A stretch of DNA of 64,000 nt from Klebsormidium nitens (Eukaryota; Plantae; Klebsormidiophyceae). The stretch lies in assembly GCA_000708835.1 (NCBI GenBank), contig DF237181.1:69474-133473 (forward strand), in the 5' to 3' direction. Below are positions 38,001-50,100 of the stretch, one piece after another. Positions within the stretch are counted from its first letter, which is position 1; every line of letters starts with the position of its first letter. The notes under the pieces are model-generated. The model saw only the letters and a program-made list of their open reading frames with translations. It ran no database searches and had not been told where the DNA came from. The translations under genes were made by a program, and so were the position numbers.

Positions 38001-40988
38001 GTCCGTGCAGCGGCACCGCGAGAAGAACAAGCGGCTGCAGGCCGAGCTGAAGCTGAAGCTGGCTGCACTGGAGCAGGCGGGCGCAGACAAGCAGCAGCTG
38101 CAAGCGGAGGTCGGCAGGTGAGGCCAGGGGGATTTCCCGACAGTCGGTGCCCTTTCAGGCATGGGCGTTCGTGTCAGTCGACGGTTCGGAATACAGGATT
38201 CTCGATCGGCAAGCTGTTGTATGGGGTTGAGAACCGTGAACACTGACGTTCCGGATCTCGAGCAAGTCTTTCCGCTCTGATGGCCATTTTCAGCAGATCT
38301 TTTGTTTTTGCAGCTTGCGAAACAGATGGGGCTCTTTAATCCCAGCGGTCAAGAAGCACTGAGTATTGCTGTGTCGATCTCGATATGACACGCTCTAGTC
38401 ACTCTGGTCCGCTTACTCTCGCTTCCCGCAGGCTGCGCACCGTTAACACGGAGCTTGACCAGCACTGCAATAAGCTGAAGCGGGCGGCCGTGTCGTTGGA
38501 AGAGAAGCTAGCCGCAGTGCGGGAGGAGCTCAGCGCTGCGAAAAGGTCAGCAGCGGGCAGGTCACCCCTGCAATCACAACAACGGGCTTTTGAGACAAGT
38601 AGAAGAGAATTCTGCTGTGATGCTGGCTCCGGATTTTCATCCTGATCTTGGCTGCTCTCGTTCATCGACTATCCTTGTGCGACGCCGGTTTCGCCGCAAG
38701 TAGGTTATGCTCCGAGTGAGAGAGCCATCGTCTTTCCTTCTTACGTCGTCGAGCACTACTCAGCCGTCGGCGACCTGTTTTGAAGCACTGCTGTTCTATA
38801 AAAAGTCCTCCAGAGCTCGAGCCAGCTGGTTTCGTATTGTCAAAGCCAAGACTTAGATATTGGGCGTCCGAGGGTCTCATTCGCAAAGGAACGACTATCG
38901 GTCCTTCTTCGTTGCGCAATCAGACTCAATGAAGTAAGCCAATCTTTTTTTGTTCCCATTCCTGAGGACACCTTTGCAACCGTTGAACCGCTTTAGACAC
39001 CCAGGGGCTCCTAGCCCGCTCGCAACCTGAAGCCGACCGTTTATCGGATGTCCGCAAAGGCCTATTCTTGCACTCACACTGATTGTTCGTCGCTTTCTCA
39101 GGTGGGCCACCGACTCCGACCTGACCGACATGGTGGACGGCCTGCGGGCGGAGCTGCGACAGAGCCGCCAGGAAGCGGAAGGTACGCGCGGCGCAGCAGT
39201 CCCACTCTTGGAGTATTTGGGAACTCCGCCTCTGATATGACGTCAGCACGAGGTGCCTGAATGGCGGAAGTTCAAACTTTCTCGTCGAAATGGCGGCCGC
39301 GTACGTAGCTGGGTCAGCAGAGGGAAGTCTTCGAGCGGCCTTGTGTGGCATAGTTTCAGTGCGCTCGATTTGGTTGCAAGGGTTGGAGCAGCGTGCCTAT
39401 TGAGACTATGGCATCTGCAGAGTGATAGTACCTCAACCGCCGACCAGTTTTGACCGAGTGGCTCCGGCAGGTCTTAGGCACTATCTTTTCGAAGGGGTAA
39501 TCGAGAGATCTGCGCACTTTATAGCAAGCAAAATTTGTAAACAAGGTAAATTTCTTGTCAGGCAAATGCTCAAAGCCACAAGGTTCGATGACGTGATGTT
39601 GTGGACCTATTAACCAGATTGCCCCTCGCATCCTGTGCTAGTCTGTCCTTGACCGCGCAGAGCTCTTGCGAAAGTCAAGCGAAAAGTCTCTGTCTCCGAA
39701 CCACAGACCTGGCGGCCGAGCTTGCAAAGCAGAAAGGGGCGCACGCGTCCGACGTCCGGCGGAAGCTGCACTCGCTAGAAAAGAAGCACCGACTCCAGAT
39801 GCAAGAAGCCAAGGTGCGGCCTCAAACTCGCCTTATGCCAAACCTAAGTCGGTCTGCTCCGGGGCGTTAAGTCGTATTTGAGAAGCATAGAAAGCCGGAA
39901 CATTCTAGAAGAGACCTGATGCAAGTGTCCATCTTTTGCTGCCTCGCTGCTTGTCGATGAGCAATCAGGCTCACCCTCAGCTTCTTTGATCCTTGAAACT
40001 GAAACATTCCAGCACTTCTGCAAGTACCCTTCTCCTCGCGAAGTGCGCGAAAGTGCCCGACAAGCTCTAGTTCGTTGCTTGCAGTTGAAACTCGAAACGC
40101 GGATAGCGGAGCTGGAGGCGGCCCTTCACCGGGAGCGAATGCTAGCGAGCGTCGCCCGGATGGACACGTCAGTCCAGGAGGGCCGCCACCGGGCCAGCTC
40201 CGAAGGTGAGCACCGGCCCGTTTGCAGCATTGCAAATCTGTTCTGATGATGTTTGAAATCGTGTCAATCCAGCAGTTTCTTAAAGCTCGGGGGTCTGTTA
40301 CTGCTCCGACCCGAAACGTAGACAGCGTGCTCTTTTGTTGCTCGAGAATTCTTCAGGTGTTGCTTTTCAATTGACTTGGCGGTAGGAGATCACGTGACGT
40401 GTTGTTCGCGAAGTTCGTCGACAACATCGGCCTACCCGGATGTTGAATGTGGGCATTGTCGACTGTGACTTTATTAATTCTTCGTACATTCGGTTCAATT
40501 CCAGAAAACAGGTTGTCAGTCTTCCCCAACGGTGACTGTATCTCAGCGTGGCCGTCGTGTGCAGATCTCGACCGACAAAGGGAAGAAACATGGCGGCGCA
40601 TGGAAGAGGACCTGCGAGCACAGCTGCGAGAACGGGACAAACAGCTGGCGGAGGCCGAGCGCTTCCAGGCTGAGGTGAGAAGAGATCAAGATTACAAAAG
40701 CTGGTAGGGCTTCTCTGCTCCTCTTACATGCTTGGTTCAACGCTTGCATTGAACCCAGCTTCGATGGCTCTAACGTGTCACAAGGGGCAGCTTGTTAAGC
40801 TCGACGAAGCCCTCTCGTACTTTCCAACCCTCTTTAGCCGTTTCTGAGTTGTACGAGGTACTGAAACTTGATTCAAAACTGAATTCGGGTGTCTCTAAAC
40901 GGAACGGGTTGCGTTTGGTGCGCTGCAGCTGGAGAAAGTGGTTCGACGATTAGCGGCGAGGACCCTGGGCAAGGACGTGGCAGCTTGA
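35066..40988 (+). CDS. Multi-exon coiled-coil protein of unknown family
   Basis: Phase-consistent GT-AG exons 35066-35188, 35557-35769, 36097-36177, 36503-36606, 36917-37058, 37406-37471, 37978-38117, 38432-38545, 39102-39181, 39707-39813, 40085-40205, 40565-40674, 40929-40988 (TGA). E/Q/K/R/L heptad-rich. The 3' end is less certain. Confidence 0.75.
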
Positions 40989-42100
40989 CATGCCGCGCTG
41001 TTGGGAGATTGCTCTGCAGAGCGCGGTGCTCCGGCAAGCAGGCGGTCAGGTGCGAATTCCAATTTTGGGCCTCGACGATGTCATGCCGCTCTTTTTTCGA
41101 TAAGACCTTCCCGCAGCAACCATTGCCAACCTGATGGTCTCACGACCACGTGCTATCTCGAGAAATTGACTGGCTCTTACACCAACCTGCTCACACAGCC
41201 TCGCGGATTGTTTGTGTTCCACAGGGTCTCAAGGCACAAGGCGGATCGCGGCTGAAATTACCTTCTGAGAATTCAAGGCGAAGCAGATCAGCGCTTTCAA
41301 AACGCCCATTAAGAGGAGCACCAACGCATTGTTATTCTCAGTGGGAGGCCGGTTGCAAATGATTCTGATGTTGAGCAACATATCGCGCTTCTTGAAATGT
41401 GCTGCATGTGCAATTGTCGAATGGCTATAGTACAGTTGAGCGGTTGATCTAATGAACTCACGAGAAATTTTGAAACTGACTCCGTTAGTATGTGAACTTT
41501 TAATCTGGCGCGCTTCCGCCACGATATTCAGTTATTATATATGTTGGTATCTTGTAGACCCTGTCTTTGCAAAGACTCAAGACCTCAGCTCTCAAGTCCT
41601 TGCAATGATGGTTGCATGCAACCGGGCCTAATTATAAAGCAGTCATTTAATACAGGGCGCGGCCGTCAGGCTGGGCGCGCAGCGGCCTAGGACTAATTTG
41701 CCCGCATGGGTAGGGCCGCAGTTGTATAGTATACATGATTGATGGAGCGCCGGGTGGCAGACTAAAGCCGGAATTGCATGTCAGCGACCTAGGACACCGG
41801 TTTGCCATGCCATGAGCAGATTGCCTGCAGCTACCTGTTCTACGTATAATTATGTCAGGGGAATTCAAAGTCTCAACAGCCATGAACCATGAAGAGAGAA
41901 GAGTACGGTCAACATTACAGCTGCACCTGTGATCACTTAGCGCTCTCTTCGGGATCTAACTTGGATGACTAGCTTCTTTCATACCTAGTCGTTGAGGGCC
42001 CTTCCATCCAAATGACATACTCTCATGATTCTAGGTGGCCGGACACGACTGCTTAATGAAAAATAATGTGAATCAGATCCTACAATGCATAAATTGGACC

Positions 42101-42867
42101 TCAAGGGGCAGGTGGTGGAGTTTCCTTTGGATGCTTGGATTCATAATGGACGACCAGGTTTTTGTAGCTTGTAAATGGAGCCTGCAAAAATGAATGTCAT
42201 ATCAGGTCAAGAAGATGTGTTTGAGTAAGATAGTAAGCCCATGATAAGCCTCAGATCCATTCATCAGGTCTGGGGGCACCTTGACCTGTCCAATCAGGTG
42301 AAAAACACGCACATCAGAAGGACAGTAAGCCCTAAATCACTGAGAAACATCAGGCGGTAGGACAATCCAGACACACATTGAGGCTTGAGGCTTGTATTGT
42401 TGGTAACCAGCTTGTCGTTGCTGTACTCACCTTGCATATTGGACACTGGACTTTCAAAGCCTCCGCCTAGAAAGAGAAGGAAACAAAGTTGTTAGTGGAA
42501 GCTCATTCAAAGTCCTCCCACCCGACTGTGTTCTGCTGTGAGTTCCTTATCTGACCAGTTTCTGTGACTCATGACCACTGGTTCCTTGAATCCTTGAGTT
42601 CCATATCATTGGATTTCAACATAGGCGGGGAATGTGCAAAGGAGTATCTGCAATAAATTTGACTGTGGGGCCACTGAGGCAATTGAATTCAAAGAGCACT
42701 CCAGCCTGATCATTCGACAAAGAAGCCACGCGCTCAGGAGGACGAATATGTACGTCGGTCAGAACACTGTCGTGGCTCACTTGGGCCTTCAACTGAGACC
42801 CTTTTGCTGGAGCGTTCTTCTCTGCATTCTTCTTCTGCGACTCAATCTTCTGCTTGCCCCGCGCCAT
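42101..42867 (-). CDS. Small ZNF706-like C2H2 zinc-finger protein (4F5/SERF-like N-terminus)
   Basis: Exons 42867-42781, 42466-42431, 42181-42101 (TGA) give MARGKQKIESQKKNAEKNAPAKGSQLKAQAEALKVQCPICKAPFTSYKNLVVHYESKHPKETPPPAP, with a complete C-x2-C...H-x4-H finger. Confidence 0.9.
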
Positions 42868-43329
42868 CTTGTCAACACGGCAGCCACCAGTGCCACAATT
42901 GTATAGGTTCTGATCAGTAGAAGGCCGAGAAATCTCTGTAATCGTGCTCAGCTGGGCCGGAGCACAACACTAAGGTATTCGAAATGCGGAGGAGCTCATT
43001 GGTCAAGTGCTTATTGCCGCGTGCTGGCCTCTTCTTGCATCACTCCCTGACAGCCCTGTCGAGCCGCCACGATATGCAGGTCAGTCCTAAATAGTAGTTG
43101 CACTGCATCATATGTGAGATCTTGGAAATGCTAGAGAAAATGCAATGCGACCATGGGGCGTGCTTGGGACGTCCTGCAAGTTTGCTCATAAATGCAGTCC
43201 CAAAGTAGCCTGTTGACAGTGTAGGGAAGGACAGGCGCAGGCGGCCACATTCAACCATTGTCAAGAGAGACGCGTTCTGTTGGGTTTAGAGCAACCGTCA
43301 TGCCGATTCTAATCTGCGTTACTACTGTA

Positions 43330-43671
43330 GGGTAAGGTCATTTTGAAGTTGACCCCCTATGTTCAGTTCAGAGGGTGGGTCTTGGGGGTTTGGAATCCTG
43401 AGGGCGGCGGGAGGGGGGGGGAGGCTCGGGGTTTCTGCCATAAACGAGCCGCAGGCTCGGAATATCTCGCATGATATCGGTCTAATTACATGCCGTTTAC
43501 AGGGGCAAATTAAGTGCAAAATACACATGTTCATACAGCCGGAGGGGAGGGGGGCTCCGCTTATCCCTGGGTGGAAGACTGTGGGAGGGGGGGGGGGCTT
43601 GGCCGTTCGGGTCTCGAGGGGCGATATCTGGACTGAACATAGGGGGTGCACTACAAAATGACCTAATACCC
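43330..43671. mobile_element. MITE / non-autonomous DNA transposon (PIF/Harbinger-like, 342 bp)
   Basis: ~43-bp TIRs: left gggtaaggtcattttgaagttgaccccctatgttcagttcaga; right reverse complement gggtattaggtcattttgtagtgcaccccctatgttcagtccaga. A 3-bp direct repeat GTA flanks both ends (43327-29, 43672-74). No spliced coding signal inside. Confidence 0.8.
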
Positions 43672-44114
43672 GTATACGTATAAGTGCACAGATAGAAGAC
43701 ACTAGAATGGAAATTCGATTCTTTTTGTCCATTCCGTGGTTTAGAAATCGGTCTCCAATGATCTCGAGAACACAAGGGCCGAAACGGTCAACTCTGAGCT
43801 GACCTGTCTTCTGCAACCGTTGCAAGCAGGGAGTTCGGGAAGCTTTTCTCGTGCTGGTCACGAACGGAAGGCGCTTTGTCAACAGCGGGTTGCTTGCACA
43901 GCAGGCGCATCCTAGCAGTAGGATTTTGGTTGGCGCACACCGTTCCTGAATTCAGGGTGGATAAGAACCAGGAGAACAGCGGAACTTTAGGTTCTTGTGC
44001 TTCTTAGGTAGCTTGGCTTACACCCGCTCAAAGGGTTTGGGTGATGAGGCAGGCCCTGCTCTGATCAGAAACACATTGGTAGATCTAGTTTCTTGACTTG
44101 GCAGGTCAAGAAAG

Positions 44115-47100
44115 ATGGCTGCTGCAAATGCGCCGATCCTGACAAAAGAGGCCCTGTCTGTAAGTCCCTGCTCTGATTGCTCGCAAGCAAGATCTGGCTG
44201 GTGTTCGCTTCATAAGCCTGCTGACTAGGGGTTTGTCTTCATCGATTTGTGCATGGATTTTGATAGCATGATTCGTACGGAGTTGATCTTGTCACAGGCT
44301 TTGACGACCTGTGTAACACTTGCCATTGCAGTTGACGGGCCTCGGTGTCAACCAACAATTTATCACATTTACGCACGTGACCATGGAGTCGGAGAAGTAT
44401 ATCTGTGTCAGGGAGACAGCCCCCAGCAACAGCGTGGTGATCATTGACATGAGCATGCCCAGCCAGCCGCTGCGCAGGCCTATCACCGCTGATTCTGCGC
44501 TGATGAATCCTGCTAGCAGAGTCCTGGCGCTCAAAGGTATGCGATCAATGCGTGCTTGAATTCCTGTAGTTGCTTAGAGCAGCAGGACTGCATTTATACG
44601 GATATATTTTCAAGAAATCTCTTCTATCATGCTCAGGTAAAAGCTGACAAACGCTGGAGGCAGTTTGAGAATGCATCCTGTGCTTTGCTGCGCCCCCCTT
44701 AGCAGCTTGCAATTGCCTGATGAGCCATCCCTCTCGCTTTCTACAGCTCAAATCCAGGGAACGACTCAGGATCACCTGCAGATCTTCAACATTGAGGCAA
44801 AGCAGAAGATCAAGTCATACCAGATGCCTGAGCAGGTGATTATCTTGCCTGGCTTCTTTGGAATGCGTTGTGAGCACACAAGTTGGGAGTGTACAGAAAA
44901 TTGGATTCGATGCAGTCAAAGGGGCACTGCACCAAGTACTTGAGCATTTTGCTAATGCAATATTATCCTGCGTTGTGAGAGCGGATTTGTGGGAATTCGT
45001 CATTTGGTTCACGAATTGGTAGGATGCTGCGGTTGACTGGAACTCAATACGTGCAGGTCCTCTTCTGGAAGTGGATTACTCCCAAGACTCTTGGACTGGT
45101 CACAAGCACCTCAGTGTACCATTGGTCAATTGATGGTGAGATTGGCCACCAATTTTGCTCAATTAGTAGTCCATACCTCATTTAGATGTGCTTGCCAATA
45201 TAGTGTGGATTGAGTGGGTGCACTTCAATTGCAATAATGTCATCTTGAAATTGGTGAAAGAATCAACATGGTGGCAAAATGCATTCAAGAAAGGTATTGT
45301 GCATTGCTACAGAGTCAACGTATGGTCAATGCAACGAAGGTATTACTTCAGGGCGTCAAGGTTGAGTAGGATTCGGTGCTGTGTGTAGGCACCTCTGAGC
45401 CCGTCAAGCAGTTTGAGAGGACTGCGAATCTGAATGGCAATCAGATCATCAACTACCGGTGTGACCCATCTGAGAAGTGGCTGGTGTTGATTGGGATTGC
45501 TCCGGGCGCCCCAGAGGTAGAGTCCTTTCGTCCTACTCACCACTAGGGTTTGAAGCACTGGGTGCACCTGCTGCCATATGCTGATACTGTCTTGCAGCTG
45601 CCGATGTTGTCAGGTTTTCGGAAAGTGGCGTTTGACAACTGTTGCGTTGCATCATGAACTATTGTGCAAGCTCAGCAAGTGCAATCGGAGAGCACACCTG
45701 CCTTCTTGTGGGTGTTTCTTTGTGCAATCTTCGTCTAGAAAATCGGCATGTTGAGCAGATCCGTCAGGAGTGGATACTTCATGTACTCATACTCCAGAAT
45801 GGTTGGGGGAATGATCGTGGGACATTTTGCTGCAGCGTCCTCAACTGGTGAAAGGAAACATGCAACTGTACTCCGTGGAGCAGCAGCGCAGCCAGGCTCT
45901 TGAGGCTCACGCAGCTTCGTTTGCAACTTTCCGGGTGAGTTTGCCCCAAACCTCCCGCAGTACTGCAGGTGTGGGTCTGCCTTTCAGCTGCATTTCTGTT
46001 GTGAGCTACACGTGTTTTCAGGATTCCTGGCAGCTGGGCTCAATGTTGCACCAATGGTCTGCAGGTTCCTGGAAACGACGTGGACTCCACCCTTATCTCG
46101 TTTGCTACAAAGACAATTGCGGCTGGAACCGTCACCTCCAAGCTGCATATCATTGAGCTTGGAGCACAGCCAGGTGGGCACTGTTCGCTGGCGGCGATCA
46201 TTTTGAGTAATACACTCCTCCGCAATTCCAAGTTCTCCCATCAGAAATCGAAGATGCTTGCTTGTTTTGTGATCTCTCCTTCTGAAAGTGCATCCATCAA
46301 GCATTTGAAGTGAGCTGAGCGAGCTAACCTGACAAAGCCAGAAGCGCCAAACTTTCTATCATCTTTGTGTGGACATGTTCACTCACTATGATGACGTGTC
46401 ACTGATGCAGGCAAGATTCCTTTCACCAAGAAGCAGGCCGACCTTTTCTTCCCCCCCGACTTTGCGGATGATTTCCCAGTCGCGATGCAGGTGGGCAGAT
46501 ATTCGATCTTATGGGATGCCTTCTTGGTAATGTCAGCCCATGTTCAAGGTGGTTCTTCTAGAGCGAGAGCAGGCTCTCTCTAGTGGAGAGCAATGTCTGC
46601 TCATGATTCGGCATTCTCCTGGCTGCTTGGCAAGAAAGTTGTGCACGGATTGGAAACGCTCCTTTCATCAAGAAAGGAGTGCTTGCTTGCCTGTTTCTGA
46701 CCTGCGGCTTTTATGCGTACAGATCTCTGCGAAGTACAGCCTGATCTATGTGATCACCAAGCTGGGGCTGCTCTTTGTGTACGATCTGGACACCGGCACA
46801 GCAGTCTACAGGAACAGGATCAGCCCGGACCCCATCTTCCTGACTGCGGATGCCGGCGCGATCGGTGGATTCTATGCCGTGAACCGGAGGGGGCAGGTCC
46901 TGCTGGCCACCGTCAATGAGCAAACGCTGGTGCCTTTCGTCAGTGGACAGGTCAGTGGGTAGGACGATTGTTGTTACGTCCGGTCCAGTGATTGGCTGGC
47001 AGAAGTTACTGGGTTTCATTGCCCCTGTCTCTGGAGCTTGTAGAGCTTGGTTGGCAGCTGCCCGCGTCAGTACAACGTTGGAAACTTACTGATTGTCTCT

Positions 47101-50100
47101 TATTTTTGCAGCTGAACAATCTTGAGCTGGCTGTGAACTTGGCCAAGCGTGGCAACCTACCTGGAGCGGAGAACCTGGTAAGTATCATCCCCTTTGGGCA
47201 GAGTGGGTGCCACCTTGCACAATCAGCTGCTCATGGTTGTGCGAGAAAAGATTACAACAGGAGAGTCGTCGGTTGCTTCCAGCTTAAGTAATAACTGCAC
47301 CTAATATTGCTGGCTTGTGCGGGGCAAAGAGGGCTATCCCACCCTTGCTTGCAGCGCAGTCAGCAGGCATTTGGGCTGTCGCTGTGACCATCCTTCAGCT
47401 GCCCCTTATGCTTGTCCACATGTCTTTCGCAGGTGATCCAGCGCTTCCAGGAGTTGTTCCAGCAGCTCAAGTACAAGGAGGCTGCAGAGCTGGCTGCCGA
47501 GTCCCCGCAGGGGATTCTGCGCACCCCCGACACTGTGGCCAAGTTCCAGGTCAGTATGGGCTGGTATTCCTTATCCAGTAAAGGAGCTGCAATGCATGTC
47601 TACTCACCTCTCTGCCCTTCATTAGCCCTCGTTTTGAATTCACGTTCAAAGTACCGCAAACCTGCAAGACCTGGCCTCAGATTTTTGCCGACCTATGGCG
47701 AGACCTACACTTGCTGAGTACGATCGGGCAGAAAGGGGCACCCGTTTTGATGGGCACAGATCCTGATGCTTTTCTCATAAGACCCACTTTTTTTGTTCGT
47801 GCAGAGTGTGCCGGTGCAGCCCGGCCAGACGTCGCCGCTGCTGCAGTACTTCGGCACGCTGCTGACCAAGGGCAAGCTGAACGTGTTCGAGTCCCTGGAG
47901 CTGTCGCGCCTGGTGGTCAACCAGAACAAGAAGAACCTCCTTGAGAACTGGCTGGCCGAGGACAAGCTCGAGTGCAGCGAGGAGCTCGGGGACCTCGTCA
48001 AGGTGCGCACTGGTCAAGCAGAAACGATGATTTTTGCATCTGCAGTATCTGTATTGACAGCTGTGGGTGACTGACTGAGTAGTCGCGGATCCGCGTGTAT
48101 GCGGTAACTGTACTGCCCGATTAGGGACATCCTGGCATGGGAGCGGAATGTCTGCTTTTGCTGCTGGCAGCTCACGCATGTCCAATTGGTTGGCCAGCAG
48201 AACATGATTGGACAAAAGTGGATTTCCGCATGTGGGCTCTGTCAACGTGAGGGCTGGAACTGATACTTCCCCTCTCGTTATGTGCAGACGGTGGATGGGG
48301 ACCTGGCCCTCAAGGTATACATCAAGGCCAAGGCGACGCCCAAGGTCGTGGCCATCTTCGCGGAGCGCAACGAGTTCGACAAGATCATCGCCTACTCCCA
48401 GCAAGTCGGCTACACGCCCGACTACCTCTACCTGCTGCAGACGCTACTGCGCACCAACCCCGCGGGCGCGGGCAACCTCGCGCTCATGATGGCCAAGATG
48501 GAGGGCGGCTGCCCCGTCGACTTCAACACGATCACCGACCTGTTCCTCCAGCGCAACATGATCCGCGAGGCGACGTCGTTCCTGCTCGAGGTGCTCAAGC
48601 CGAACCTCCCGGAGCAGGGCCAGCTGCAGACCAAGGTGCTGGAGATCAACCTGGTGACGTTCCCCAATGTCGCGGACGCGATTTTGGCGAACGGCATGTT
48701 CAGCCACTACGACCGCCCGCGCGTCGCGCAGTTGTGCGAGAAGGCGGGGCTGTACACGCGCGCGCTGCAGCACTACACGGACCTGCCCGACATCAAGCGC
48801 GTGATCATCAACACGCACGCGATCGAGCCGCAGAGCCTGGTCGAGTTCTTCGGCACGCTGTCCCGCGAGTGGGCGCTTGACTGCATGAAGGAGCTGCTGC
48901 TGGTGAACATGCGCCAGAACCTGCAGATCGTGGTCCAGGTCGCCAAGGAGTACACCGAGCAGCTCGGCCTCGACTCGTGCATGGGCCTCTTTGAGGAGTT
49001 CAAGTCCTACGAGGGCCTCTACTTCTACCTCGGCTCCTACCTCTCCACATCGTGAGTCTATTGCCCTCTATTTCTTCTTAATAGGCTGTTGGATGTTCAA
49101 AATTGGTCGAAGTCTTCAAGCCAGTCAGAATGTTTCTTTAGATGTTCAGCGGTTTTGGGTACATGTATATTTGTTCGAAAAGACCTGGCGGGCGAAGTTA
49201 GTCTGGCATGCAAGCAAAAGGCTCAGGAGGTTGGATCCCGCGATGAGGGTTGTTTTGCGTCTTCTGTTAGCAAAGACAAGAAAGCAGCACCTTTTGGTGT
49301 AGGAAGAAGCGATTTCTGTGAGGTGAGCTGGTGAGTGGGATAAGTTTCTGATTCGCGTCCGTCTCGTTGGCTGGCTGCAGAGAGGACCCGGACGTGCACT
49401 TTAAGTACATTGAGGCCGCCTCGCGCACGGGCCAGATCAAGGAAGTGGAGCGCGTGACGCGCGAGTCCAACTTCTATGATGCGGAGAAGACCAAGAACTT
49501 CCTCATGGAGGCTAAGCTGCCGGACGCGCGCCCGCTGATCAACGTGTGCGACCGCTTCAACTTCGTGCCGGACCTCACGCACTACCTCTTCACCAACAAC
49601 CTGCTGCGCTACATCGAGGGCTACGTCCAGAAGGTGAGCAGCTGACCTACGGTAGTTCAATCGGTGTTGTAGATTTGCTACGAATTCTTTTTCTGGGCGG
49701 TGAGGTATGCACTGCAAAGGCAGGCTAAGCGGCTTGGTTTTCAAGCTATTGTTGTGCTTTGTCTTTCATAGAGTGCTCAGGAACGACTCGGAAGGACTGA
49801 CGTCTGGACGACTTGGATGCTGACGTCCGGATCGTTCAAGCCTGTGAAGGGAGTAGATACGGTCAAGTCAATCATCGCTGTGTCAAATACTGACATGGTT
49901 TTTGAGTTCTGAGGGTCAAAGTGATTCTGGCAGGTTTGCAGGGTCTAATGTTGTGCGAGCCCTGATCTGATTGTTTTGCTGCAGGTCAACCCCGCAAATG
50001 CCCCTCTGGTCGTCGGCCAGCTGTTGGACGACGAGTGCCCCGAGGACTTCATCAAGAACCTCATTCTGTCCGTCCGCAGCCTGTTGCCAGTCGAGCCTCT

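Noticed and set aside
42240-42290. Possible ZNF706-like exon reading VKVPPDL
   Set aside because: The exon at 42181-42101 supplies the His ligands that complete the finger, and this candidate does not.
43322-43882. 186-aa minus-strand and 100-aa plus-strand ORFs
   Set aside because: They overlap the G/C-run-rich MITE, give low-complexity translations and have no transposase motifs.
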